From the NCBI GenBank assembly GCA_040220235.1, contig JAVJTO010000012.1: a DNA stretch of 57,912 nt, one strand, 5' to 3'. How positions within the stretch are numbered: position 1 is the stretch's first letter; each line of letters opens with the position of its first letter. This DNA comes from Coleofasciculus sp. B1-GNL1-01 (GTDB taxonomy: Bacteria > Cyanobacteriota > Cyanobacteriia > Cyanobacteriales > Coleofasciculaceae). Under the pieces are notes generated by a model that was not told the origin of the DNA, did not search any database, and saw only the letters and a list, made by a program, of their open reading frames with translations. A program made the position numbers and the translations under genes. Below, one piece after another: positions 1-10,001 of this stretch.

Positions 1-747
1 CGCCGTCACCATCGAATAGGTTTCTTCGGCTTGGGTGGGGTTAAACGCCCGGAAGGTGTTTGACCCTTCACCGTCTTCAAACAAGGTGTTTTCTACCGTT
101 GCACCGTGAATGGCACACAGCAGCGCTCCACCTAAGATACCTGCCACTCCCATCATGTGGAAGGGGTTCAGTGTCCAGTTGTGGAACCCTTGGAAGAACA
201 GCAAGAAGCGGAAGATACCGGCGACGCCAAAACTCGGAGCAAAGAACCAAGAGGATTGCCCCAAGGGATACATCAAGAATACGCTGACAAATACCGCGAT
301 CGGTCCACTGAAGGCAATGGCATTGTAGGGACGAATGCCCACGACGCGGGAAATTTCAAATTGCCGCAGCATAAAGCCAATTAAGCCAAATGCACCGTGC
401 AGGGCGGTAAATGTCCAAAGCCCACCGATTTGACACCAACGGGTGAAGTCGCCTTGGGCTTCAGGTCCCCACAGTAGTAGTAGGGAATGACCGAAGGTAT
501 CGGCGGGGGTGGAAACCGCCACAGTCAGGAAGTTACAGCCTTCCAAGTAGGAAGAGGCTAAACCGTGGGTATACCACGAGGTAACAAAAGTTGTACCGGT
601 TAGCCAAGCTCCAACCGCCAAGTAGGCGCAGGGGAGCAGGAGTAGACCTGACCAACCGATGAATACAAAGCGATCGCGCTTTAGCCAGTCATCGAGTGCG
701 TCAAACCATCCTCTTTGGCTGGGAGCGCGTCCGACAGCTATGGTCAT
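1..747 (-). CDS. psbD: Photosystem II D2 protein (5' part; runs off the window edge)
   Basis: Manual minus-strand translation from ATG at 747: [34 protein letters not shown]...[16 protein letters not shown]...[15 protein letters not shown], the canonical D2 sequence. Absent from the ORF track because it has no stop in the window. Confidence 0.98.
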   Translation of the reverse strand, partial: MTIAVGRAPSQRGWFDALDDWLKRDRFVFIGWSGLLLLPCAYLAVGAWLTGTTFVTSWYTHGLASSYLEGCNFLTVAVSTPADTFGHSLLLLWGPEAQGDFTRWCQIGGLWTFTALHGAFGLIGFMLRQFEISRVVGIRPYNAIAFSGPIAVFVSVFLMYPLGQSSWFFAPSFGVAGIFRFLLFFQGFHNWTLNPFHMMGVAGILGGALLCAIHGATVENTLFEDGEGSNTFRAFNPTQAEETYSMVTA

Positions 748-823
748 CGTTTCAAATCCTCTTACATTAAGGGTTTACAAGGATTTTTCCCTTGACAGTT
801 CCACAGCGATAGACTGGGAATTT

Positions 824-1185
824 TTGACACTCTCCCTTCTAGAAGAAGGGAGATTCTATGGAAATTTCGTTCCATATATCCCGCTGAACGGGTTCCCAGG
901 CACACGACTCAAAGCCATAAGGGCATCGTGTTATCTCCTAACCCCTGTTAATTCAGGGTTGGGCGTTTCAAACCTTCACGGCTTGGGTTTCGCCGAGTCC
1001 CGGCGTACCTTAATTAACTGTGAGAAAGTCAGCCGATTTGACTAACTTTGCCTGAATACAGGGTGTGTCAAGCACCCTAGCGCTACCAGCTTATAATTTA
1101 ACTGGCGTGGACTTAATTTTTCTTAAACTATCATATTTTTACACGAATCCTCGATTTTCGCTAGGGAGAGTAGGGGATTCAGTGC
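824..1185 (-). mobile_element. Non-autonomous IS200/IS605-like element / TnpB omega-RNA-like structured RNA
   Basis: The minus strand ends ...GAATCTCCCTTCTTCTAGAAGGGAGAGTGTCAA (hairpin 831-853 plus TCAA), the typical IS605 right-end form. There are many internal hairpins, a far-end hairpin at 1145-1180, and no credible ORF. Confidence 0.6.
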
Positions 1186-1541
1186 TTGAATACCATAATA
1201 GTAGACACTGAAAAATTTACAAATTGATACATCTGACTCAGAATTGCCCTTGAGCAGCACGAGGGGTCATCGGTTGGCTTAAGACTTATGAGCGGCTACC
1301 TGTTGGCTTTCAGCCCAAGTCTGTGACCCTATCCAGGACGGAACCAAAAATGGCATTGTAAATAATTCTCCAATGTACGTGACTTTATTTGCTATTATTT
1401 TCTATTGGGTCAAGCTAAGATGACATAAAATAACCGAAGCGGCTCTTGGGGGGGTGAACCCTTGAACAATAAAGTATTTATCAACGGATTCAGGGGTTTA
1501 AAAAGCGTCAAAAGCATACCCACGCCGAAATAAAATCTCGG

Positions 1542-1931
1542 TTGGGTCATGCCCTGAAGCAAGTTGATTGGTCTTCGATAAAAGTTCTCAGTATAGAGGA
1601 CTTGAAGAAGGTTAAACAGGGAAAACGAGGGACGTTCTCTCGCCTGTTTAACAGGCGGCTGTCCCATTGGCTGTATAGAACTTTGGTGCAGTTGTTGGAA
1701 AGGAAGTGTGAGGAGGAGGGGATTCAGCTAGTGGTGAAAGACCCCTTCAAAACCTCGCAGTTCTGCTCGAGCTGCAACAGATGGGATAGACGAAACCGAA
1801 AAGGTGACAGGTTTAGGTGTGTTCATTGTGGCTACCTTGCCCATGCTGACCACAACGCGGCACACAACCTGGAGCTTTTAGGCGTGGCGGGAGTTTATGG
1901 TCTCCGTTCCTACTTAAGTTCAAAAAGTTAA
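1542..1931 (+). pseudogene. tnpB: TnpB (IS200/IS605 OrfB) C-terminal fragment
   Basis: RuvC-II IEDL, TSQFCSSC...FRCVHCG zinc ribbon and RuvC-III HADHNAAHNL motifs are present. An in-frame stop lies just upstream, so the N-terminal part including RuvC-I is missing. Confidence 0.85.
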
Positions 1932-1992
1932 AGTTTTGGATAACCATAGTAATAGGCGGAGCGTATTGTAGAGAGTGAAGGAACAGGATAGT

Positions 1993-2559
1993 ATGACAGC
2001 CACCCCAACCCAACAAGAGAACAAAATACTGCGTCAATCTGTTTTAGGCTCTCGGCGATTGAGCAACTACTGGTGGGCGGTAGTCGCCTCAATCGGTGGT
2101 ACAGGATTTCTTTTAGCCGGACTTTCCAGTTATTTTCAACGGGATCTCTTGCCTGTGGGTGATACCAGAGGTTTACAGTTTATCCCTCAAGGCATCGCTA
2201 TGAGCTTTTACGGGATTGCTGGCTTGCTCTTTGCCCTCTACCTCTGGCTAGTGATCCTCTGGGATGTTGGCGGTGGATACAATGAGTTCAACAAGGAAAG
2301 CGGAATGGTTAAAGTTTTCCGTTGGGGCTTTCCAGGCAAAAACCGCCAGGTCGAGTTTAGCTGTCGCCTTCAAGATGTGCAATCGATTAAAGTTGAGATC
2401 AAAGAAGGGCTTAATCCCAGCCGCACTCTCTACCTGCGCGTCAAAGATCGCCGGGAGGTTCCACTCACTCGTGTAGGACAGCCTTTGTCCCTATCGGAAC
2501 TGGAAAACCAAGGTGCAGAACTGGCTCGTTTCCTCGCTGTCCCCCTAGAAGGCATGTAA
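1993..2559 (+). CDS. ycf4: Photosystem I assembly protein Ycf4
   Basis: [43 protein letters not shown] and [12 protein letters not shown] motifs. ATG at 1993 preferred over GTG at 1975. Confidence 0.97.
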   Translation: MTATPTQQENKILRQSVLGSRRLSNYWWAVVASIGGTGFLLAGLSSYFQRDLLPVGDTRGLQFIPQGIAMSFYGIAGLLFALYLWLVILWDVGGGYNEFNKESGMVKVFRWGFPGKNRQVEFSCRLQDVQSIKVEIKEGLNPSRTLYLRVKDRREVPLTRVGQPLSLSELENQGAELARFLAVPLEGM

Positions 2560-2677
2560 TCGGACATCCCGGTTAACTATTTCCTTTTTGGTAGAGAAAA
2601 GGCAGAGGGCAGAAGACTCTAAGGCAGAAGGCAGAATGATTAAGTAGCGTAAGCTACAAGAAGGTAGGTTAATAAAT

Positions 2678-3460
2678 ATGCAAGTAATCGTCCGGCGCTG
2701 GTTCCTGGTTGTGGTAGTGATTGTTGGCTTAAGTCTCGGAGCTTGTAGTTCGTCCAAGGTGGCATCCCAAAACACGACAGATTCCTCAACAGCAGCCACA
2801 ACAGAAACGTCGGTAGCTCAAGTCACTAATCCTCAAATTAGCAGCTTACCCCAATTAGAGGGAAAAGCGACCGTTGTTTTAACGGTTAAAGATTCTCCGA
2901 TTACCATTGAGGTCGATGGCACAAATGCCCCAATTACAGCCGGGAATTTTGTCGATCTGGTCGAGCGGGGTTTTTATGACGGCTTAGTATTTCACCGAGT
3001 CGTGCGTGAACCCCAACCCTTTGTGGTTCAGGGAGGTGATCCCCAAGGGAAAGACCCCAATGTTCCGGTAGAGCGTCTGGGAACCGGGAGTTTTACTGAC
3101 CCGAAAACAGGGCAGCCTCGTTATATTCCTTTAGAAATAAAGCCAAAGGATGCCGAGGCTCCCATCTATAGCAAAACGTTGGAGCAAGCTGGAATTTCTG
3201 CTCCTCCGGAGTTGCAGCATACTCGTGGTGCTGTGGCGATGGCACGCTCATCGATGCCAGATTCAGCCTCATCCCAGTTTTATATCGCACTATCGGATCT
3301 GTCTTTTCTAGATGGAAGTTATGCGGTGTTCGGCTATGTTAAAAATGGCATGGATGTGGTAGATACTATCCAAGTGGGCGATCGCATCGAGTCAGCCGAA
3401 GTCACCCAGGGACTGGAAAATCTGAAACGACCTGAGTCTGAAGCAGAAGAATCTCCCTAG
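2678..3460 (+). CDS. Cyclophilin-type peptidyl-prolyl cis-trans isomerase (lipoprotein)
   Basis: Lipobox LGAC; APITAGNF, FHRVV, VQGGDP, GAVAMARS, SASSQFYI and FLDGSYAVFG motifs. Typical neighbour of ycf4. Confidence 0.95.
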   Translation: MQVIVRRWFLVVVVIVGLSLGACSSSKVASQNTTDSSTAATTETSVAQVTNPQISSLPQLEGKATVVLTVKDSPITIEVDGTNAPITAGNFVDLVERGFYDGLVFHRVVREPQPFVVQGGDPQGKDPNVPVERLGTGSFTDPKTGQPRYIPLEIKPKDAEAPIYSKTLEQAGISAPPELQHTRGAVAMARSSMPDSASSQFYIALSDLSFLDGSYAVFGYVKNGMDVVDTIQVGDRIESAEVTQGLENLKRPESEAEESP

Positions 3461-3503
3461 TGCATCTTGGCAAGGGGAACTGAAGGAGCTGAGGTGCAGA
3501 TGT

Positions 3504-3565
3504 GTAGGGGCGGGTTTTACAGATAACGTTTTGGAGACAACCAATAACTTCACTAAACCCGCCCT
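3504..3565. repeat. REP-like palindrome GTAGGGGCGGGTTT...AAACCCGCCC (representative copy)
   Basis: Related intergenic copies at about 13916-13978, 15968-16032, 32282-32378, 36981-37041, 46978-47040 and 49929-49988. Confidence 0.85.
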
Positions 3566-3595
3566 TCTAGAGCCTCGGTTCAATAATCGCAGGAA

Positions 3596-4810
3596 TTGAA
3601 AGGTCAAAATTTGGGTTTGCATTCGGTTGTTGTTACAGGAATTGGTCTAATCTCAGCATTAGGGGGTTTAGAACAGAGTTGGCAACGACTGCTTAATGGT
3701 GAGTCAGGGATTCGCTCTTATCAACCCTTTCCAGAACTACCTGTTCGACCCTTGGCGCTAATCAATTCCGTGCCAAGTTCATTAACGACGTTGACTCAGG
3801 TCGTCGTCGCCGATGCTCTGGCTGATGCCAATCTTCGGACACCGATGCCGAATTGTGGTGTGGTGGTTGGCTCTAGTCGTGGCTGTCAGGCGTCTTGGGA
3901 AGAGTTGATCAGAGCCGCTCTTGAGCAGGGAAGTGGTGGCGTAGGGGAGCTATTCTCTAGTCACCATTCCTCCCGGCTGAAGCAAGAGACTTGGTTAGAA
4001 ACATTGCCACACCAAGCCGCGATCGCAACGGCTCGTCAAATTGGCTCGATGGCACCTGTGTTGGCACCCATGGCAGCTTGTGCAACGGGAATTTGGGCGA
4101 TCGCACGGGGGGTTGAACTGATCCAAATCGGTCAATGTCAACGGGTTGTTGTCGGTGCAGTGGAAGCCCCGATTACCCGGTTAACCTTGGCAGGATTTGA
4201 CAAAATGGGGGCTTTGGCAAAAATAGGGGCTTATCCCTTTGACCAACGACGAGAGGGTTTAGTGTTGGGTGAAGGGGCAGCGGTTTTGGTGTTGGAGTCA
4301 GCGGAATTAGCCTTAAGTCGCGGTGTGCCAATTTATGGGCAAATCTTAGGCATGGGATTAAGTTGTGATGGATACCATATTACTACGCCAAAGTCAAGTG
4401 GCAAGAGTGCGATAACCGCAATTCAGCAATGTTTAGCTCGAAGTCATCTTTCCTCCACTGAGATTGACTATATTCACGCTCATGGCACAGGGACTCGATT
4501 AAACGACGAGAATGAAGCCCAGTTAATGGATGATTTGTTTACCCATAGAGTAGCGGTAAGTTCAACCAAGGGAGCCACGGGTCATACCTTAGGTGCATCG
4601 GGCGCGATCGGTGTCGCGTTTTGTTTGATGGCACTCAAGCATCAGATATTACCGCCTTGTGTAGGATTGGGCAAACCCGCGTTTGATTTAGATTTGGTGA
4701 CCCAAGCACGTCGGCACAAGGTTCGCCAGGTATTATGTTGGAGTTTTGGGTTTGGGGGGCAAAATGCAATCCTGGCTTTGGGGAAGTATAGAAGTACCAA
4801 GGCTGGTTAG
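3596..4810 (+). CDS. Beta-ketoacyl-ACP synthase (FabF-like)
   Basis: VVVTGIG, AACATG (catalytic Cys), HAHGTGT, KGATGHTLGA and SFGFGGQN motifs. Confidence 0.92.
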   Translation: MKGQNLGLHSVVVTGIGLISALGGLEQSWQRLLNGESGIRSYQPFPELPVRPLALINSVPSSLTTLTQVVVADALADANLRTPMPNCGVVVGSSRGCQASWEELIRAALEQGSGGVGELFSSHHSSRLKQETWLETLPHQAAIATARQIGSMAPVLAPMAACATGIWAIARGVELIQIGQCQRVVVGAVEAPITRLTLAGFDKMGALAKIGAYPFDQRREGLVLGEGAAVLVLESAELALSRGVPIYGQILGMGLSCDGYHITTPKSSGKSAITAIQQCLARSHLSSTEIDYIHAHGTGTRLNDENEAQLMDDLFTHRVAVSSTKGATGHTLGASGAIGVAFCLMALKHQILPPCVGLGKPAFDLDLVTQARRHKVRQVLCWSFGFGGQNAILALGKYRSTKAG

Positions 4811-4897
4811 GATATTCTTTACTGTTCCCTGTTTTCTAGTCCTCATACTCAACGTTAATTGTGTCCGACTACTTAAATTTAAATGCCTGACAGCTTA

Positions 4898-5497
4898 TTA
4901 GTTTTGAGTGTGACTATCTGCAGTCAAGGACGTTGGGTTACTCATTTGCAGTGCCGTTTTCGTATCCATACCTGTCTTTTCCCAAATTGCCTCTAACACA
5001 GAATTTTCATCCAGTTCTGCACTAATGTAAGTGATATTTTCGCTAGCCACGATTCCCTGGGCTTGGGCGGCGATATCAGGATATTTTTGGAAGACGGCTT
5101 GGAGAACTTTATCTCGGCATTGGAAAAGTTCGTCATAGCCAAAAACGCGATCGCACTCCCAGAATTGAACCGCTAATTGGTGTCCGGCTAACGCTGATTT
5201 AACAGTGGCTAGAATCTCAGCATCCCCGTAGGCATTTTCGACGATAGGTGTCAGATCACTGATATCTTCACCATATTCTTTGGGATGAATATCACCTTCA
5301 ATTTTGATTTGGATCACACGCAATTCCTCAAGCGCTGTTTCCAGAGGGGGTGGAATGACAGGGGGTGAGGTTTTGTTGGCGATTTGGTCTGAACGATTGG
5401 CATCTGTACTTTCCGAACGCACGGATAGTATACTCAGCACACAGCTTACGAGTAGGGTAACTGTCATGAAGATCAGCGCTAATTTCTTAAATTGCAT
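4898..5497 (-). CDS. Hypothetical exported protein
   Basis: 199-aa ORF with an N-terminal hydrophobic/signal segment; no family recognised. Confidence 0.7.
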   Translation of the reverse strand: MQFKKLALIFMTVTLLVSCVLSILSVRSESTDANRSDQIANKTSPPVIPPPLETALEELRVIQIKIEGDIHPKEYGEDISDLTPIVENAYGDAEILATVKSALAGHQLAVQFWECDRVFGYDELFQCRDKVLQAVFQKYPDIAAQAQGIVASENITYISAELDENSVLEAIWEKTGMDTKTALQMSNPTSLTADSHTQN

Positions 5498-5871
5498 CTG
5501 TCAAACTATTAAACTAAATGGATTAGCAGCCCGCTTGAGTTTATTATTCCCAAGTCACTAGCCGAAAATCACCAAAGCCATTTTAAGGAAACGAGTTTTA
5601 ATCGTGAGACTAAAGCAAGAAAGCCTGGTGGCTCAATCTTAACATTATCTTTGAGCCTTATGGTGATTTTATTTTGCTGTGAATCTATCCATAATCGTTA
5701 AGTTTCCAGAAATATCTTATAATCCTATTTTTAAAGCAAAGTATTAAATATTTTGGAGTCTTAAATATATCTTAAAGTTTCCATGATTTATTTTTTTAGT
5801 GAAGATATATAAGCTCTTAGACTAATCTCTTCAAACTTAGGCATACCGAGGAGTTGCTGATTGAAAGATAG

Positions 5872-6011
5872 TAAGTAGTCGGACAAAAGAAAAAAGCACG
5901 CCCACCGCTTGTTTTGTCAACAAGCCTCAAACCCTTACAGACAAAGGACGTAGCTTACTTCTCGCTTGCGCGAGTTTTTCACCGTTCACGTTAATTGTGT
6001 CCACCTACTTA
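5872..6011. repeat. MITE-like element with TAAGTAG(T/G)..GGACA terminal inverted repeats
   Basis: TAAGTAGTCGGACA...TGTCCACCTACTTA ends. Related termini occur at about 4857-4875 and 41980-42091. Confidence 0.55.
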
Positions 6012-6049
6012 ACCTCTCTGCCAACAGGCTTATGCCTAAGGCATCAGAT

Positions 6050-6274
6050 TTATAAATGTGTGAAGCTGATACCCGCGATCGCGAGTTTTTTGATCACCAT
6101 TGGTGCGAGTACAATTAACACCTTAAGCCAAACAGGGGCAAGCACCAGGCTAACCAACAGGCAAATCATGGCGATAAACACGGCGGCAAGTTGGATGATT
6201 TCTTCTGTCGTGTTAACAACCACACAAACTGCTGCGAAGGTGATTGTTAAGGTTATCAATAAAACCAAAAGCAT
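6050..6274 (-). CDS. Small hydrophobic membrane protein
   Basis: 74-aa ORF with 2-3 hydrophobic segments. Confidence 0.6.
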   Translation of the reverse strand: MLLVLLITLTITFAAVCVVVNTTEEIIQLAAVFIAMICLLVSLVLAPVWLKVLIVLAPMVIKKLAIAGISFTHL

Positions 6275-6695
6275 AATAACTCACCAGGGTAGATTCGATT
6301 GAGTGATGGTTTGTGTTCCTGGGACTGATAAGACTTATGCCTGTCTCTCCACTCTCATTTTGACTGGCGACTGGGTTGTGATGCGAGGAACAATTAAACC
6401 TCCTCTCTTAACGACTACAAATTTTTAGATGGGAGTGTCAAGAGTTATCCAGGGTTTCACACAAGCTTCATCAAAGCTTCATAAAGACCTCATGAAGTCT
6501 TAATAATAGGATTAGGGGTAGCCAACCTCGAATTGCCACACTTGGCTAAATCACATCGAGTTTCATCCCCCAGTGAGTTGCGCGATTACCCCAGAGATGT
6601 TTTTGGACTGACGCATGGAAATAAGTCCTATAGGAGAGGTTAGCTCTAGCCACTGACTCTTACAATTTATGAAGAATTAACCCACAAAGCTATAT

Positions 6696-7238
6696 ATGAT
6701 TCTCTCTACTGATATCCAGATTCCCTTTTCTCGTTCCATTGTTTTTGCGACCTACCGTGATAGGTTAATGGAGTTAATCCCCTATATGACTAATGTTCGG
6801 AGCATCGAGGTGAAGTCCCGTCATCAAGACAATGCATGTATTCACGCCGTCAACGAGTGGCACGGTGGTGGTGATATTCCAGCCCCGGTGAGAACACTGT
6901 TGAGCAAAGATATGCTGAAGTGGACAGAATATAACACCTGGAATGAGTCAGATTTTACTCTGGTATGGAGTATCAAGACTCACGCCTTTACTGAAGCTGT
7001 TCACTGCGCTGGCAAGAATCGCTTTTTGAATGATCATGGTCAGACGTTAATTGAAAGTCGTGGCGAAATAAGAATTGATCCTAAGCGGATTCAGGGCGTT
7101 CCACCGTTGTTAAAACACAAGGTTGCATCAGCGGTTGAGGATTTCCTCAGCAAAAAAGTCGAACCCAACCTGCTACAGATGAGTGAAGGGGTACGTCAAT
7201 ATCTAGACCAACAAACCATTAAATACAAACTTGCTTAA
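6696..7238 (+). CDS. START/SRPBCC-like hypothetical protein
   Basis: 180 aa with a helix-grip-like pattern (VFATYRDRL...NEWHGGGDIP...WTEYNTW...C-terminal helix). Confidence 0.65.
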   Translation: MILSTDIQIPFSRSIVFATYRDRLMELIPYMTNVRSIEVKSRHQDNACIHAVNEWHGGGDIPAPVRTLLSKDMLKWTEYNTWNESDFTLVWSIKTHAFTEAVHCAGKNRFLNDHGQTLIESRGEIRIDPKRIQGVPPLLKHKVASAVEDFLSKKVEPNLLQMSEGVRQYLDQQTIKYKLA

Positions 7239-7846
7239 AGCGGCTTTATGGTTTGACGAAGGTTATTTTTTACCAAATCATGTCGGCTAACTTATATCAT
7301 GTCCGCCTCAGCGGTACAATTCTGGTAGCGGTGGACGTGCCAGAATCCGCCGTGGGTCAGGTAGCAACGACTGGAGAACCGCCGATTAAGAAACTTGATT
7401 GCAGCTTTAATGTAATCCAGACGTTAATTGAATTATTTCCGCGATCGCTTGGGGGATTAAATCTATATTTACCTGCAATCTGCTGCAATAACAGCAGTGC
7501 GTTAGCGTAGTGGCGTGGCACACCTTAATTGGTGGATTAGAATTGTAGGGGCGCACCGACGTGCGCCCGATTTAACGATAAATCTATTCCACTATTTTAG
7601 CTGTGCCACGCCAGTAGGGTGCGTTAGGCGTTGATTTAGTGTCAATTGTGAGGATTAAATTAGTTAGCGCCGTAACGCACCAATTCTGGGATAGGATAAC
7701 TACATCTTGCTAAACTCGATGTAGTCTTAGTAGACCCGATTAAATTCAACTGGTGTATTGAATCCTGGGTGCGATTCACCGACGCTATCGCTTGACTTGA
7801 CAGGCTTTGGAGAGGGTAGACAGAAGGGGCGATCGCTTACTTCCCT

Positions 7847-8010
7847 TCAACTTTCCTCATCACTTTTGAGGAAATCACCCACGTACAATCGGATAAATTC
7901 TGCTGCTGCATCAGGATTGAGACTATGAAGTGCCTCAGCAATCTGCACCACGGTTTCGGCTGAGGGATCTCGATTTTCGTGAAACCAGTGAAATACAACT
8001 GAACAATTTG
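7847..8010 (-). pseudogene. C-terminal half of an XRE-family HTH regulator
   Basis: SVVFHWFHENRDPSAETVVQIAEALHSLNPDAAAEFIRLY matches the second half of cyanobacterial XRE-HTH proteins; the upstream part of the ORF does not. Confidence 0.55.
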
Positions 8011-8102
8011 GAATTAAATTTAACTGTTGCTCAGGTATTTGGTTGGTTAAAGACAGGCAAATATTGAGACTACAGCAATTGATATAGCCATTGTGTATTA
8101 TT

Positions 8103-9290
8103 TTACTCATCTTTTGGTAAAAACAAGGTATTTTCAATTTCCTCTCTGACCGGACGAGTTACATTAGAATTGCTATTCAGCTCCTCCACCAGACATCTAT
8201 TGGCATTATAATATTGCTTCAGTAAATCCCGTTGATCGTCGTTCAACTGTAAATCGTGACCTAAAATCTTTCTTATTTTATCCACCCAGTCTTGACCATT
8301 ATTTTGCCGCCAATCTTCAAAACGATCTTTCTCTTTATCAATATCACGCAGTTCAGCTTGAATTTGTTGTAATGCTTGCTTCAATTCCGGCTCAAAGTCA
8401 AGGGCAAAGACAGAAACAATAACATTTGCTGGATCAGTATTAGCGTTATCAAAAAAGGCAATATCAAGAACAACGTCACAGGCACGATTAAAGCAAGAGA
8501 AAAATCGACGAGCTTTACCAGGTGAACAATTAGGGTCAAGTTTACGGGCAAATGTAAGACCAAGCAACCAAATGAGAGCCAGGTAAAATGCTCGGACTTT
8601 TACGGGTTGGTAATGAGGTTCAGTTTGAAGAGATTTTTTATTTACCCACGTAAGAAGTTCTTGTAATTTCTCATTGTTAGCTATTAGCGCATCAGCTTCT
8701 GCTTTCTTTTGCCATAAAGTGGCTTCGTCAGCGTTTACGGTACTAGCTGTCTGTGAACTATCTTCGGATGATTCTTTGTCGGTTGCTCCAAGTTCTTTCA
8801 GCTCATCCACAGACTGTTTGATAAAGTGATTAACTAACCAATCACGGGCAGGAGAGAAGTTGCGATCAAAATTCAGATATATCGCGCCTACTAATGCCTC
8901 GAACATCTCACCAAATAGATCAACTTGTTTGCTTATCTCTTTATCTTTTTCACTTCCTCCAAGTCTACAGATATTCCTTAAGTTTAACTTGTATGCAAAT
9001 TCACAAGCTTTTTTCCGGCGCACCAGGTTACTTTTTAATTCAGTAATTTTACCTTGATTTAGAGTAGAGTCATTTTCATGTAAATAATCAACTACAACAG
9101 CATTAAGAATTGCATCGCCCAGAATTGCCTGTCTTCTGTAATCACACTCCTGCTTGTGTTTTTGCTGCGAATTTAAGTTGCGGTCTTCATAGATATATGA
9201 AGGATGCGTCAGGGCAATTTCCAGCAACTCCGTATGGTTAAAATCAGCAATGTTGATTGCCTTTTTAACAGCCTCTATATTTATATCCAT
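8103..9290 (-). CDS. RNase III domain fused to a NACHT-associated C-terminal helical (NCH2-like) domain
   Basis: N-terminal ALTHPSY, RRQAILGDAIL, KSNLV and FGEMFEALVGAIYL form an RNase III domain; no dsRBD. The C-terminal KLQELLTWVNKKS...VRAFYLAL...LLKQYYNANRCLVEELNS...VREEIENTLFLP matches the tail of cyanobacterial NACHT proteins. Confidence 0.85.
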   Translation of the reverse strand: MDINIEAVKKAINIADFNHTELLEIALTHPSYIYEDRNLNSQQKHKQECDYRRQAILGDAILNAVVVDYLHENDSTLNQGKITELKSNLVRRKKACEFAYKLNLRNICRLGGSEKDKEISKQVDLFGEMFEALVGAIYLNFDRNFSPARDWLVNHFIKQSVDELKELGATDKESSEDSSQTASTVNADEATLWQKKAEADALIANNEKLQELLTWVNKKSLQTEPHYQPVKVRAFYLALIWLLGLTFARKLDPNCSPGKARRFFSCFNRACDVVLDIAFFDNANTDPANVIVSVFALDFEPELKQALQQIQAELRDIDKEKDRFEDWRQNNGQDWVDKIRKILGHDLQLNDDQRDLLKQYYNANRCLVEELNSNSNVTRPVREEIENTLFLPKDE

Positions 9291-9343
9291 AATTCAAACT
9301 ATAAATTGAACTGATAGTAGCAATTTTATGTGCAATCTAGGTT

Positions 9344-9832
9344 TTAAATTTCCTTAAATTTTCCATCTGAGTCAACATATCCAACGACTCGTGAAGATTT
9401 AGTAACACTGTTGGACTGTAATTCGGTTAGGTCTCTTTCTAAATTCAGTGCAGTTTTACAATTTTCACTAACAAAAACTACGAAACAATCAAAATCATCT
9501 TTCTTGCTATCACTAGCAATATCTTTGATTTTTATTTCCAATAGGGTTTTGTAATTAGCTATCGAAGAATTCATTATATGGACTTTTATACTCTTGAGTT
9601 TTTCGTCCTTGTCTGTGATTAGAAACTTTAAACGCTTGTCCGGAACCTTGATAATGTCCTGGTGAGGATTCTGACGCTTTAACCACTCAAAAATGGCTGC
9701 TTCTACTGTTGCTACCGAGTCATAGACTCTATCTGCATAAGCATAGAAAGCCCTATCGTCATCTCGATGAGCCAGCAAATAGGAGCGTAATTCCTTTTTG
9801 CTCATTGTCTGAAAATTAGGTTGCATTGTCAT
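9344..9832 (-). CDS. DUF6887-like N-terminus plus an unknown alpha/beta C-terminal domain
   Basis: MQPNFQTMSKKELRSYLLAHRDDDRAFYAYADR is the DUF6887-type motif; it is followed by about 120 additional residues. Confidence 0.75.
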   Translation of the reverse strand: MTMQPNFQTMSKKELRSYLLAHRDDDRAFYAYADRVYDSVATVEAAIFEWLKRQNPHQDIIKVPDKRLKFLITDKDEKLKSIKVHIMNSSIANYKTLLEIKIKDIASDSKKDDFDCFVVFVSENCKTALNLERDLTELQSNSVTKSSRVVGYVDSDGKFKEI

Positions 9833-10001
9833 AAATTAACTCACCATCAGGGTCAATTAATATTTCTATATCGTCCCCAGCCAGAATAAACAGATTGCCT
9901 GTCCGTTCATCAATGCGAACAAGGAAAATAGGCTGGTACATCTTGGTTAAAGCATAACAAACTAAGTAACACTTCGATGCCTGGGCTGCCGTTGGAAAAA
10001 T
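9816..10001 (-). CDS. DUF6888-like small protein (ATT start or frameshifted)
   Basis: Manual translation: IFPTAAQASKCYLVCYALTKMYQPIFLVRIDERTGNLFILAGDDIEILIDPDGELIYDNAT*. GGAGG lies 7 nt before ATT at 10001, and the ORF overlaps the start of the DUF6887-like gene. Confidence 0.7.
   Translation of the reverse strand: MFPTAAQASKCYLVCYALTKMYQPIFLVRIDERTGNLFILAGDDIEILIDPDGELIYDNAT

Noticed and set aside
60..384. Plus-strand ORFs 60-287, 110-328 and 157-384
   Set aside because: Antisense shadows of psbD.
659..1045. 128-aa plus-strand ORF
   Set aside because: Overlaps psbD antisense and the hairpin-rich element; no protein-like motifs.
1542..1931. Active Cas12f/TnpB nuclease
   Set aside because: Lacks RuvC-I and the recognition lobe; no CRISPR array in the window.
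7253..7510. 85-aa ORF and a possible ATPase relic on the opposite strand
   Set aside because: No convincing motif; the minus-strand resemblance is only a few residues and is broken by stops.
8103..9290. Housekeeping rnc
   Set aside because: No dsRBD, altered signature, foreign C-terminal domain and accessory context.
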